39,361 nt of DNA from assembly GCA_016784425.1 (NCBI GenBank), contig JADHUQ010000002.1, forward strand, positions 1 through 39,361, given 5' to 3'. Both the position numbers and the translations under genes were made by a program. The DNA is from Candidatus Delongbacteria bacterium (GTDB lineage: Bacteria; CAIWAD01; BS150m-G50). Under the pieces are notes generated by a model. It made no database searches. It was not told the DNA's origin and was given only the letters and a program-made list of their open reading frames with translations. Shown here one piece after another: positions 16,203-25,679 of the stretch (position 1 is the first letter of the stretch; each line of letters opens with the position of its first letter).

Positions 16203-17127
16203 AACATTCTTCTTCATCTGTCTGCTGGCCTCCGTCCCACTTACAGGTTGCTTCAACAGCAACGCGGATGTCGACAGCAATCCACTCGGGAGTGACAATG
16301 CTGGTGAAATCTGGATCAGAATCACTTACCCCGCCCAGTGGGGTACCGTAGCCGGAATTGAGGAGATCAGTGTAGAAGCCGGACCGGTTGGTGAAATTGA
16401 CTCGGTCGGCTTTTTTGTCGACGGGCAGGAGCTGGGTAACGACTCTGTTTCACCCTTCACATTTACCTGGGATGTTAACGGTCTGACCGGCTCTCACTCG
16501 ATTTTCACAAGAGCATATACCGCTGCAGGAACGACAGATTCCGATCTGTTGACTGTAAGTGTTTTTGAGCCCTCTCCTCTGGAACCGGTTATTACCTCAC
16601 CGGCCAATTTGAGCGTCGTGGAAAACACAATCACAGTATTTGCTGAGGAGACCACTCCTGTAGAGGTAGACAGTGTTGTACTTTACACTGACGGTCAGCG
16701 TTTTGAGGCGGATGATACTGAACCGTTCCAGTTTCTATGGACCGTTCCCGACTCAGTCAATTCACATACATTATTTGTAAAATCCTGGCTGGAGAACCGT
16801 TCCGGAACATCCCCACTGGTGACCCTGTTTGTAGAATCCGATTATGACACCCGACTGCCCTATGTCCAGATCCTCTCGCCGGCTGACTGGTCTGTGGTAC
16901 AGGGGGAGATTGAGGTTATTGCCGCAGCACTGGATAACTACGGTATTGATCGGGTTGTTCTGGTTCTTGACGGTCTGGACCATGACACACTTTATACAGC
17001 ACCTTACCTGTTTCCTCTGAATACTGATCTTCTGACAGAGGAGAACCACACCTTGATCTGCAGAGCCTATGATACAGCCGACAATTATAATCTGTCAAAT
17101 ATGGTCACTATCGTGGTGGACCGATGA
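16189..17127 (+). CDS. Lipoprotein with three tandem Ig-like (Big_7 / chitinase-N-like) domains
   Basis: GAAAGGAAAGGA RBS. MKLRRTFFFICLLASVPLTGC has a lipobox (LTGC). Three repeats of about 95 aa share I.SP....V.G.I.V.A...D.V.(F/L).VDG......PF.F.W.V......H.L...A.D. The start overlaps the GT2 stop by 14 nt. Confidence 0.75.
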   Translation: MKLRRTFFFICLLASVPLTGCFNSNADVDSNPLGSDNAGEIWIRITYPAQWGTVAGIEEISVEAGPVGEIDSVGFFVDGQELGNDSVSPFTFTWDVNGLTGSHSIFTRAYTAAGTTDSDLLTVSVFEPSPLEPVITSPANLSVVENTITVFAEETTPVEVDSVVLYTDGQRFEADDTEPFQFLWTVPDSVNSHTLFVKSWLENRSGTSPLVTLFVESDYDTRLPYVQILSPADWSVVQGEIEVIAAALDNYGIDRVVLVLDGLDHDTLYTAPYLFPLNTDLLTEENHTLICRAYDTADNYNLSNMVTIVVDR

Positions 17128-18689
17128 GGGGCTGGAAAACCGGTCTCCTCCACCGCACAATCCCTCTGTTTACAACGATGTTGCTGCTGGCCCTGGTGGC
17201 TGAAGGTGGGCAGAGGTTTCTGGAAGGACGGGCAGCGGTTTCTGTCTCCGACTATCCAGGCGCCGTAGATCTGCTGAAAACAGCCGTCGTTGAGGATAAG
17301 ACAAATCCTGAAGCCTGGCGCCTGCTCGGGTTTTCCTACTGGAGGCTGGATTCCCTGCAGGAGGCGGTGGCAGCATATCAGCAGGTCCTGATCCTGCGTC
17401 CCGCTGATTACGATGCCAGACTGGGACTGGGGGCGATTTTCGCATTGCTGGGATCAACCGGCCCCTCCATCGCTATCTTCTCAGAGATCCTCGCTACTGA
17501 CTCAACCGATGTTGAGGCCTGGCTGGGGGTGGGGAGAAGCTACTCCTGGCAGAATGATCTGAGGGAGGCGGAGTCCGCCTACCGCCAGGCCCTCTTCTAC
17601 AAGCCCGGCTATCCCAGGTCTCTACTTGGCCTGGCCGAAGTTCTCGCCTGGCAGAATAGATCCACTGAAGCGCGAGCAGTCTACTGCCAGCTCCTGGAGG
17701 TTGACTCCACCTATGCCGAGGCCTGGACCGGACTGGGAAACAGCTGGTACTGGGTAGATCACCCTTACCAGGCGCTCCTCTATTACCGCAAAGCCCGGCA
17801 GCTGGATGAGCATGATCAACAGTTAAACCGGCTGATAACCAGGGTTGAAAACGAGGTGGAATGGAGCCACCAGCCGACCTACACCTACTGGGCGGAGGAT
17901 GACGACGGTTTGATCACAGAACATGAAAAGCTCTCCTTTTCCACCGGGAAGCGTATAAACGACCTGTTTGAGATCACCGGAAGGTTTTCAGCCTACAGCT
18001 CTTTCAGGGATAACGGCTGGAGTTACCGCCGTAACCTGGGTGTGAGCGGTGTGATACACACCTTTCGCGGTTTCAATATTCAGCCTGAGGCCGACATTGA
18101 TCTCTTGTCCGGAAATCTGGACCTGCTGCAACTCCTGGGTAGTTATCAGGGAAACAGAAGCTGGAGCTGGTTCAGGAGTAAGCTCATTTACGCAAACAGT
18201 CTCTATGAGTTGTGGTCCGACACCCGGGCCGACGGTGTCTGGGGAGAGGTCACATTTGAAAAGAAAGCTCTGTTCGCAGTCACCGCCGGTGCCGGAAGAT
18301 GGTATCTGTCGGATGAGAACAGAAAAAGCCAGGTGTCGATCCAGCTCCGGATCACCTCTCTCCAGGCAGCAGGGCTCACCTTCCTGCTAAACTCCAGATA
18401 TCTGGATTTCCGGGAAAATGTCGTCGGCTACTGGACACCACAGGAGTTGCGTTATGACGGTGTTGGCATGCAGTATACGGGCAACCTGAACCGCTTTATT
18501 CAGCTTGAAGGTACCGGGGAATACGCCATCAATACCGACAGTAATCGCTTCATCAGTCTGACCGGGTCAATTCAAACCGTTCTCCTGGAGGACTATCGGA
18601 TCAGTACCGGTGTGTCGTATTTCGAAACGGATACAGATTACCGTATGCTGCTCTGGCGTGTATCACTCCAGGCTGGAGGACTGTTTTGA
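17124..18689 (+). CDS. TPR-repeat protein with a C-terminal predicted outer-membrane beta-barrel (short PgaA/PelB/BcsC-type export porin)
   Basis: Signal/TM segment. About 200 aa of TPR-like repeats (AWRLLGFSYWRL...A..AYQQVL...P.DYDARLGLG, AWLGVGRSY, AWTGLGNSWYW). Then about 280 aa of alternating-polarity strands rich in Y/W/G, ending ...SLQAGGLF with a terminal aromatic residue. ATGA overlap with the upstream gene. Confidence 0.7.
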   Translation: MRGWKTGLLHRTIPLFTTMLLLALVAEGGQRFLEGRAAVSVSDYPGAVDLLKTAVVEDKTNPEAWRLLGFSYWRLDSLQEAVAAYQQVLILRPADYDARLGLGAIFALLGSTGPSIAIFSEILATDSTDVEAWLGVGRSYSWQNDLREAESAYRQALFYKPGYPRSLLGLAEVLAWQNRSTEARAVYCQLLEVDSTYAEAWTGLGNSWYWVDHPYQALLYYRKARQLDEHDQQLNRLITRVENEVEWSHQPTYTYWAEDDDGLITEHEKLSFSTGKRINDLFEITGRFSAYSSFRDNGWSYRRNLGVSGVIHTFRGFNIQPEADIDLLSGNLDLLQLLGSYQGNRSWSWFRSKLIYANSLYELWSDTRADGVWGEVTFEKKALFAVTAGAGRWYLSDENRKSQVSIQLRITSLQAAGLTFLLNSRYLDFRENVVGYWTPQELRYDGVGMQYTGNLNRFIQLEGTGEYAINTDSNRFISLTGSIQTVLLEDYRISTGVSYFETDTDYRMLLWRVSLQAGGLF

Positions 18690-21600
18690 AGGGTAAGTAT
18701 GCAGTTATTGCCCTCCTTGCAGCAATCCTGGTCTGGACTGTGTCTGTCATGCTGAACTACATGGACAGACCACTTACCGGCACGATGAAGAATCTGGTCG
18801 GAGAAATCACCGGTTCAAGCAGTGTATCCTCCAGACAGATCATTCCAGTTCATACCATGCAGGAGTGGAAGTCACTGGCCGCGAAGAGTGAGTACTTCAC
18901 CCGGGTTGTCCGGGATCAGATTCAGCTGCAAACCACGCGTAGAAATCAGGATCTGAGTCCGGCCGAAGTATCCTGGCAGTCATTTTTCATGAAGGGTTTC
19001 AATCTGGGTGCGGCGCTCCCGGGATGCTTTCCGTCTGAATTCAAAGCCACCAGAGACCAGTATTATCACTGGCTGGAACAGATGGGCGATCTGGAGGTCA
19101 ATGTGGTCAGAACCTATACCATTCTCCCACCTGAATTCTATGAAGTGCTCAAACGGTACAATTTCAACAATCACAACAATCCCATCTATTTAGTCCAGGG
19201 TGTGTGGGCGTATGTGATCAGTGAAGGCAGCTATGGTGATCCCCGGTACATTGAAAACTTTCAGGCCGAGATCAGGGATGTGATCGATGTGATTCATGGT
19301 AACGCGGTCATTGAGGCCAGGCCTGGTCACGCACACGGTGTTTATACTGCGAACGTCAGTAGATATACTGCGGCCATCATTCTGGGTCGGGAATGGGAAC
19401 CGAATACTGTCAGCGATATGAGACGGCAGTTTCCGGAGAGAACATCATATGAAGGGGTGTTTTTCTCAGTGCCTGACGGACACCCCATGGAGTGCTGGAT
19501 TTCGGAAGCACTCGATTACACTGCCAGATATGAAACTTCCTCATATCAATTCCAGCACGCGCTCTCTTTTGTGAACTGGTTGCCACTGGATCCGATGTAT
19601 CACGACAGCGAGTGGATTGAATGGGACGCTGTACGGGAATTCGATAATGATCTTGAAACGATCGATCCTGGAAATATTCACGACTCGCCGCTGTTCAAGC
19701 CGGGTTATTTCGCAAGTTACCATGCTTATCCCTATTACCCAGATTTTGTCTTCAACGATCCCGGCTATCGCCAGGCGCAATGCGCTCAGGGGCCATGCAC
19801 CTACTTTGGTTATCTGCAGGACCTGGTAGCAGCACATGCCAATTTACCGGTAGTCATTGCGGAGTTTGGCGTGCCCTCCAGCCGCAGCGCCTCCCATTTT
19901 GAACCGGCGGGGATGAACCAGGGTGGACACTCGGAGGTGGAGCAGTGCAGAATCAACGCCCACCTGATCGGTGATATTCATCAATCAGGTGCGGCAGGCG
20001 CCATCCAGTTTTCCTGGATTGACGAGTGGTTCAAACATAACTGGCTGGTAATGGAATTTGAGCTTCCCCGCGAACGCAACAAGTTGTGGCATAATCTGGA
20101 AGATCCGGAGCAGAACTTCGGTATTCTGGCGCTGGAATCAAAAACCATAGTCATCGATGGTAAGCTGGCTGACTGGAAGGATTCCCAGATGCTGGCAACC
20201 GATCCGGCAGGTGATGCTGCGGTCAGCGGAGTGGATATCAGCTCTTTCTGGGCGACCTCTGATGCCAGCTGTCTCTATCTGAGAATGGACTTCAATGAAG
20301 AACTCACGGATGCAACCTGGCAGGATCAGACGATCTGGATTGGAATTGACACCTACGACAGGGATAGAGGCGACTTCTGCTTTCCCGACCGGTCCTTTAC
20401 GGCGCCAGCCGGGCTTGAATTTCTGCTCGAGATTGCCGGACCTGGCCAATCGCGTCTGCTGGTTGATGATCCCTACGATGTTTATACCGATTACTTCAAA
20501 CAGGAAACACCCGGCTACAGCTCCCTGCCCAATCGTGACGGCGTCTTCCACGATCAACGACTTCTGACCAACAGAATGCGTGAAACTCTGTTTGGCGAGC
20601 TGTTTCCCGCAGTATATCTGACCCGCAGTAATCTGCTGTGGGGTACTGCTGATCCGGAAGTCCCGCAACACAGCTCACTGGTCGACATCTCTCTCAGCAG
20701 CGATCGCAGGCAGATCGAACTGCGCCTTCCCTGGGCACTGCTCAATGTAACCGATCCCTCCACGAGGTCTTTGCTCGACAATCGCCCGGAGACTGATGAG
20801 TTGGACATTACCACGACAGCCGGTTTCACCTTTTATCCTCTGGTTGTGCAGAACCAGGGTAGCAGCCGGAAGCTGGTTGACGCCATACCGGATGATCGTG
20901 AACAGGGGATCAGCTTCAGCTGGGACAGGTGGGAGGTTCCGGCCTACACATCCCGTTTGAAAGAGGGTGCCGAACTGGTTGCGACAGCTTTTCGATCTGC
21001 AGTCGGATCGGTAAATTCTACGGAGCAGTTTCCGAAGGGGCCACTTGCCGAACTTGCACAGTGGCCGGGAGGAAAAGGGGGAGGTGTATCCCTCACCTTT
21101 GATGACGGCAGCTCAAATCAGTTTCGTTACGGCAAGAAACTGCTGGAAAAGTATGGCATGCGCGGCACTTTTTTTGTCGTTACCAGCTGGACCGGTCACA
21201 GTCCTCTCGTCACCGGTGAAGCAGGGGGTTTAATCACCCGCCGGCTTTCGATACCGGAAATCCGCGAACTGCACCGGGCGGGGCACGAAATTGGCAGTCA
21301 TGGCCATGAACATCGCCCGCTGAATAACAGTGTAACCGAACGGTGGATGATCTCCACCTTTTCAGAAAGTCAGATGCTGATTTCCGAATGGACAGGTGAA
21401 TCACCGATTTCAATCGCTTATCCCTATTCCGCCCTGACGGCTGATGGGATGGAAACACTGGTGAATCTGGGTTTTCAATACGGCCGTTTCAGTGGTAACC
21501 ACTCAAATGATCCGGCTGCTGTATCGAATCTGGGATTATACAGCCATATCATGATTGACGACCAGAACCCGGACCCATATTCCCTGGTTGGACTGTTGGA

Positions 21601-22045
21601 TGAGAACCGGGACCGGTGGACTATTTTGCAGTATCATCATCTCTTTCCTACAGATGCCCGCGAATACAGTCAGCTGGTGGATCATGATGTTGAGGAAAAG
21701 TATAATGTAACCCCCCGGAGTTTTGAGCGTCAGCTACGGTTGCTCCGCAATCGCAACCTGTCAGTTCTCCCCCTGCGGGAAATGGGTGAATATCTGGAGG
21801 CGTACGCAGCCACAACACTGGAGTTCAGTGAACACCAGGACAGCTATGTATTGACCCTGAAAACAAAGACCAACCTGAGGGGAGATTACCCACCGCTGAC
21901 CGTGAAGCTGTGGACTCCCTGGGAATGGATATCTATTGATGGTTCTGAAAACGATGGTGTCTATCATAACCGTACCGGGTATCTCACGTTTGAGATGATT
22001 CCAGGCAGTGAGGCTGTTGTTCAGAGAGGCTACAGTGAGAGATAA
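18686..22045 (+). CDS. Membrane-anchored multidomain polysaccharide-modifying enzyme: clan GH-A-like TIM-barrel glycoside hydrolase, beta-sandwich domain, and CE4 (NodB) de-N-acetylase
   Basis: TTG start 5 nt after GGAGGA. N-terminal TM helix. Hydrolase-like region with ILGREWE (candidate acid/base) and VVIAEFGVPSS (candidate nucleophile Glu, codon 19862-19864). Middle region DGKLADW...D.AGD...DISSFWATSD..CLYLRMDF. C-terminal CE4 motifs LTFDDG (about 21092-21109), GSHGHEH and IAYPYS. Confidence 0.85.
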   Translation: MKGKYAVIALLAAILVWTVSVMLNYMDRPLTGTMKNLVGEITGSSSVSSRQIIPVHTMQEWKSLAAKSEYFTRVVRDQIQLQTTRRNQDLSPAEVSWQSFFMKGFNLGAALPGCFPSEFKATRDQYYHWLEQMGDLEVNVVRTYTILPPEFYEVLKRYNFNNHNNPIYLVQGVWAYVISEGSYGDPRYIENFQAEIRDVIDVIHGNAVIEARPGHAHGVYTANVSRYTAAIILGREWEPNTVSDMRRQFPERTSYEGVFFSVPDGHPMECWISEALDYTARYETSSYQFQHALSFVNWLPLDPMYHDSEWIEWDAVREFDNDLETIDPGNIHDSPLFKPGYFASYHAYPYYPDFVFNDPGYRQAQCAQGPCTYFGYLQDLVAAHANLPVVIAEFGVPSSRSASHFEPAGMNQGGHSEVEQCRINAHLIGDIHQSGAAGAIQFSWIDEWFKHNWLVMEFELPRERNKLWHNLEDPEQNFGILALESKTIVIDGKLADWKDSQMLATDPAGDAAVSGVDISSFWATSDASCLYLRMDFNEELTDATWQDQTIWIGIDTYDRDRGDFCFPDRSFTAPAGLEFLLEIAGPGQSRLLVDDPYDVYTDYFKQETPGYSSLPNRDGVFHDQRLLTNRMRETLFGELFPAVYLTRSNLLWGTADPEVPQHSSLVDISLSSDRRQIELRLPWALLNVTDPSTRSLLDNRPETDELDITTTAGFTFYPLVVQNQGSSRKLVDAIPDDREQGISFSWDRWEVPAYTSRLKEGAELVATAFRSAVGSVNSTEQFPKGPLAELAQWPGGKGGGVSLTFDDGSSNQFRYGKKLLEKYGMRGTFFVVTSWTGHSPLVTGEAGGLITRRLSIPEIRELHRAGHEIGSHGHEHRPLNNSVTERWMISTFSESQMLISEWTGESPISIAYPYSALTADGMETLVNLGFQYGRFSGNHSNDPAAVSNLGLYSHIMIDDQNPDPYSLVGLLDENRDRWTILQYHHLFPTDAREYSQLVDHDVEEKYNVTPRSFERQLRLLRNRNLSVLPLREMGEYLEAYAATTLEFSEHQDSYVLTLKTKTNLRGDYPPLTVKLWTPWEWISIDGSENDGVYHNRTGYLTFEMIPGSEAVVQRGYSER

Positions 22046-22052
22046 GTTTATC

Positions 22053-23924
22053 ATGACCGGTTTTAAGAATCAGCTTCGTCATTGCGTAATTTACTGTCTG
22101 GTATTGTGGGGCATGTTGCTGATCACCGGATGCTCGCCACCCTCGGTCGACGAGCGCATCCAGTCGGAACTGCCCGGCCGCGCTCCCGATTTCGTGGTGC
22201 CGCGGGCGGCAATTCTCGCTACGAGCGATGGTGAAGGGCTGGGGACCTTTTCCGACGGTGTCCTGCTTGCCTACGAAGCGCTGAATCGGGCGGGAATTCC
22301 CACCCGGATCTGTGACCGGACCATTCTTGCCGACAGCTCAAGACTCGGTGATTACAGCATTATCATCGCTTCCACCCTCTTCGGCTATCATGATGCTGAT
22401 CAGCGCTTCTCGCTGACATTCATGGATGATGATCAATTGAAACTCCTCAACGACTGGATATTTGACGGCGGTGTGCTCGTTGCCGGGGAGAATTTTGGCA
22501 GAAACAGCCGTGAAGGACATGACCGGCTGGTAGATTCAGCTGAGCTGAATTCTGAAACATGGTTGCTCGGCGATGCGATCGGGGTAACCCTGACCGAGCA
22601 GAATCTTGAAGGGTTCGAACTGTCCCTGCAGGCGGATTCAACTGAAACCAAAATCTGGCGGACTAAAGCCAAATACCTGCTTACAAAGCCGGAGTGGCTT
22701 CTTGCTCCCTCTGCCAGGGTGGATACAACCCGGGTGAGGGTTCTGGGCAGCTGGAAAAACCTGGACCGGAAAATTCCTGCAGTCTGGGAAAGCTCCTGGG
22801 GCTCAGGGCGGATGTTCTATTTTTCAGACTTCAGACTCCTGCACCCAAACCTGGATGGTGGACTCTCTTCACCTGATGAAATTGAAAACTTCTACCGGTA
22901 TCTGGCCGCTCGCGTTTTCCCGCTGGACGAGCGTTCAACAATTGAGCAGATTTCTGTTTCCCCCTGGTACCGAGGTCACACGGCCGTACTGGCTGTTACC
23001 TTGAATGCTACCGGGGAGGAGGAGAGTTTCGAGCGAACCATCAGCTCGCTGCTTGAGGATGCACCCGCGTTGACCCTGTTCACCAGTCATCCTGAAACCG
23101 TTGCCCGCCGGCTCCCGGCTGACCTGCTGCAGCGGGTGGAGATAGCCTCACTCAGTAAATCAGACCAGCAACTGAGCCATCTTGAGCCGCAGCGTGCCAG
23201 AGAATTGATTCACTGGCCCCCGTCCACTGCTGTTTCGATCAGGGGTTTTCGGTTTCCCAGATTAGCCAGAGCCCGGTCGATATTCGAGTATCTCGATCTG
23301 GCCGGTTACGCTTATGATAGCAGCCTGCCGGTGAACCATCAGGATTATTACGCTGGCAGTCTTTATCCTGTCAATCTCATGCTTACCGATCAGGGTGGCA
23401 GCACTGAGCTGAAACTACTGGAAATGGGGCCGATATTCCGTGATGACTGGTCGTTTTACGAAAAGGCTCCCAGTGATAGAATTCAGGCTGCCGCCATGTA
23501 CCGCGATTTCCTGCTGGAAGCCTGGAGCGGTGTCTTCCTTCCCCGGAACGGGCTGATGGTCCAGATTGGAGATCCGCAGTTTGAGGGTGAGTCGGAGGCT
23601 ACACTGGAGCCGGTGAAAGTCCTGATCAACACGGCACTGGCTGATAACGGCTGGGTTACAAACCTGGCAACTGTGGCAGATTTCTGGAAGATGAGAGAAA
23701 CTGTAACGGTTTCGCTCTGGCGCACAGACAACAAAGTGCAGATACTGGTTTCGGGCGGTGAACAGGATATCGCCGGCCTGACTCTAAAGGTGGCGGTCTC
23801 GGCAGACTGGTCAATGGAAAGGCTTGAAGCCGCCCTGAATGGGACAGTTCAGATGGAGAGTGACCGGTTGCTCAATCTCATCAGCAATTCAGGTAATCGG
23901 TCTTTCTATTCGTTACATGATTGA
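22053..23924 (+). CDS. Lipoprotein of unknown function; N-terminal GATase1/ThuA-like fold suspected, C-terminal degenerate polysaccharide-deacetylase-like domain suspected
   Basis: MTGFKNQLRHCVIYCLVLWGMLLITGC has a lipobox (ITGC). The track start (GTG 22008) lies inside the upstream gene. LAVTLNATGE occupies the place of the CE4 TFDDG motif, and RGFRFPRL resembles the RxPY block. The domain calls are weak. Confidence 0.65.
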   Translation: MTGFKNQLRHCVIYCLVLWGMLLITGCSPPSVDERIQSELPGRAPDFVVPRAAILATSDGEGLGTFSDGVLLAYEALNRAGIPTRICDRTILADSSRLGDYSIIIASTLFGYHDADQRFSLTFMDDDQLKLLNDWIFDGGVLVAGENFGRNSREGHDRLVDSAELNSETWLLGDAIGVTLTEQNLEGFELSLQADSTETKIWRTKAKYLLTKPEWLLAPSARVDTTRVRVLGSWKNLDRKIPAVWESSWGSGRMFYFSDFRLLHPNLDGGLSSPDEIENFYRYLAARVFPLDERSTIEQISVSPWYRGHTAVLAVTLNATGEEESFERTISSLLEDAPALTLFTSHPETVARRLPADLLQRVEIASLSKSDQQLSHLEPQRARELIHWPPSTAVSIRGFRFPRLARARSIFEYLDLAGYAYDSSLPVNHQDYYAGSLYPVNLMLTDQGGSTELKLLEMGPIFRDDWSFYEKAPSDRIQAAAMYRDFLLEAWSGVFLPRNGLMVQIGDPQFEGESEATLEPVKVLINTALADNGWVTNLATVADFWKMRETVTVSLWRTDNKVQILVSGGEQDIAGLTLKVAVSADWSMERLEAALNGTVQMESDRLLNLISNSGNRSFYSLHD

Positions 23925-24288
23925 CATGATCGCTTCAGCAGCAATATCTCATCCAAAGACAACTCCTCCTGTTGCAGTCTATGCTGTGAATGGGGTCCTC
24001 ACTATCCTGCTCGTTCCACGCCATTGCTTCGGTTCAGGGAGGACCCATCTGGTACGTTGCTAACGACAGCGAACTTGGTAATACTATAGTATTCCCCAGT
24101 TAAGCTGACCGTTTGAGTTAGTGCATTTCGGGAAATACTGTTTAAATGATGCCGCTGTCTCCATAATAAAGCGGACATTTCAGGTGAGCATCGCTATATA
24201 TACGGATAGTTCCTTTTTGTTTGCGACAGCTCCCTTGTACAGAGGGTGTTGGCGCCGGGCAGAGGTAATCAAACTAGGAGGTCTGATC

Positions 24289-24729
24289 ATGCGGAGCATT
24301 GCTGGAATACTGAGTGAAAAAGGGAAAGCTGTCTGGTCGGTCACACCGGCAGCCACCGTGAAAGAGGCCCTGCAGGAGATGACGAACCGGGATGTGGGTG
24401 CGGTGCTGGTCGTAACGGATGACAAGCTGGCCGGTATCTTCTCCGAGCGGGATTTTACCCGCCGTGCCGCCGCTGCCGGAGAGATAGATTTCAACACCCC
24501 GGTCGGTGAGGTGATGACTACCCAGGTTTTCTACATCAGCCCCGATTACAGCATCGAGCAGTGTATGGCGTTGATGACTGAAAAACATGTACGCCATCTG
24601 CCGGTACTGGAAGAGGAGCGGCTGGTCGGAATCGTCACCATCGGTGATATTGTCAAACGGGTTATCGCCGATCAGCAGTTCATGATCACCGAACTGGAGA
24701 AATTCATCAAGGGGAGTTACCCGGGGTGA
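24289..24729 (+). CDS. CBS-domain pair protein
   Basis: AGGAGG (24275-24280) precedes the ATG at 24289. The 146-aa product has two CBS motifs (VGAVLVV.DDKLAGIFSERD ; VRHLPVLEEERLVGIVTIGDIV). The upstream extension in the track (24121) runs through an AT-rich, non-coding-looking sequence. Confidence 0.88.
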   Translation: MRSIAGILSEKGKAVWSVTPAATVKEALQEMTNRDVGAVLVVTDDKLAGIFSERDFTRRAAAAGEIDFNTPVGEVMTTQVFYISPDYSIEQCMALMTEKHVRHLPVLEEERLVGIVTIGDIVKRVIADQQFMITELEKFIKGSYPG

Positions 24730-24878
24730 TCTGAGAATTGCCCGGCATCGCTTCCAGTTGCCGTGATTTCGGCACCATCTATGAAGGAAACAGTAACCGT
24801 GCGATACTCGCACCAGATCTATTTAGTTGCACATACGCGGTTGTCAACCCCGACAGCCCGATAATATCAGGAGTTTTT

Positions 24879-25679
24879 TTGGCTAAACTTAAACGGAATA
24901 TCATTCAGATTGATGAAGAGAAGTGCGATGGTTGCGGGCTTTGTATCCCCTCCTGCCCGGAAGGGGCGCTGCAACTTATCGACGGCAAAGCCAGGCTGGT
25001 ACGACAGGACTTTTGTGACGGCCTGGGGGCCTGCCTGGGTGACTGTCCGCAGGATGCGCTGCATCTGATCGAAGAGCTGGTTGATGCCTACGACGAACAG
25101 GGGGTGCTGGATCACCTGCAGCAAGCGGCACCGGAGCTGGTTGAAAAACACCGTCAACATCTGGAGCAGCATGGGATGAGTAGTACCCCGGCAGCGCACA
25201 CCGCCACCGGTGGCGGTTGCCCCTCAGCCTTGTCGCTGCAATGGGGCGAACAGGCCAGAGCTGAAGTATCTCAGGAAAAAACCGAATCTGAGTTGCGTCA
25301 GTGGCCGGTACAGCTGCATCTGGTCTCACCCCGGGCACCCTATTTTCAAGGGGCTGATCTGGTGCTGGTGGCTGATTGCGTGCCTTTTGCCTATGCAGAT
25401 TTTCACCGTGACTGGCTCCGCGATAAAGCTGTGGTTATCTGCTGTCCCAAACTCGATAATCTGACCGGCTATCTGGAAAAACTCACCGAGATTATTACAA
25501 CCGGTAGACCGCGTCGTATCACCGTGCTGCATATGGAGGTTCCCTGTTGCGGCGGTATCGTCCAGCTGGCACGCCAGGCTTTGGCTCTGGCCGCCCAGGC
25601 GACAGGCAGTGCCATTGAGATTCCCTTCCAGAGCGTGAAGATAGGGATTAAGGGCGAGGTCCTGGAAACTGTGAGATAA
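24879..25679 (+). CDS. 4Fe-4S dicluster-domain protein with a conserved C-terminal Cys-containing domain
   Basis: Probable TTG start at 24879, 5 nt after AGGAG. CDGCGLCIPSCPEG (CxxCxxCxxxCP) and CDGLGACLGDCP are present. The C-terminal block is WPVQLHLVSPRAPYF.GADLVLVADCVPFAY..FH...L..K.VVICCPKLD...Y.EKL..I......ITVLHMEVPCCGG. Confidence 0.8.
   Translation: MAKLKRNIIQIDEEKCDGCGLCIPSCPEGALQLIDGKARLVRQDFCDGLGACLGDCPQDALHLIEELVDAYDEQGVLDHLQQAAPELVEKHRQHLEQHGMSSTPAAHTATGGGCPSALSLQWGEQARAEVSQEKTESELRQWPVQLHLVSPRAPYFQGADLVLVADCVPFAYADFHRDWLRDKAVVICCPKLDNLTGYLEKLTEIITTGRPRRITVLHMEVPCCGGIVQLARQALALAAQATGSAIEIPFQSVKIGIKGEVLETVR

Noticed and set aside
23993-24046. 8-bp inverted repeat GGGTCCTC...GAGGACCC after the EPS operon, considered as a terminator or structured RNA
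   Set aside because: The 38-nt loop, the lack of a trailing U-run and the short arms make this indistinguishable from chance complementarity.
24078-24091. 14-bp palindrome AATACTATAGTATT, which shares the 8-mer AATACTAT with the arms of the 8331-8413 inverted repeat
   Set aside because: A single shared AT-rich 8-mer is about what chance predicts in roughly 79 kb of two-strand sequence. No flanking similarity suggests a repeat family.
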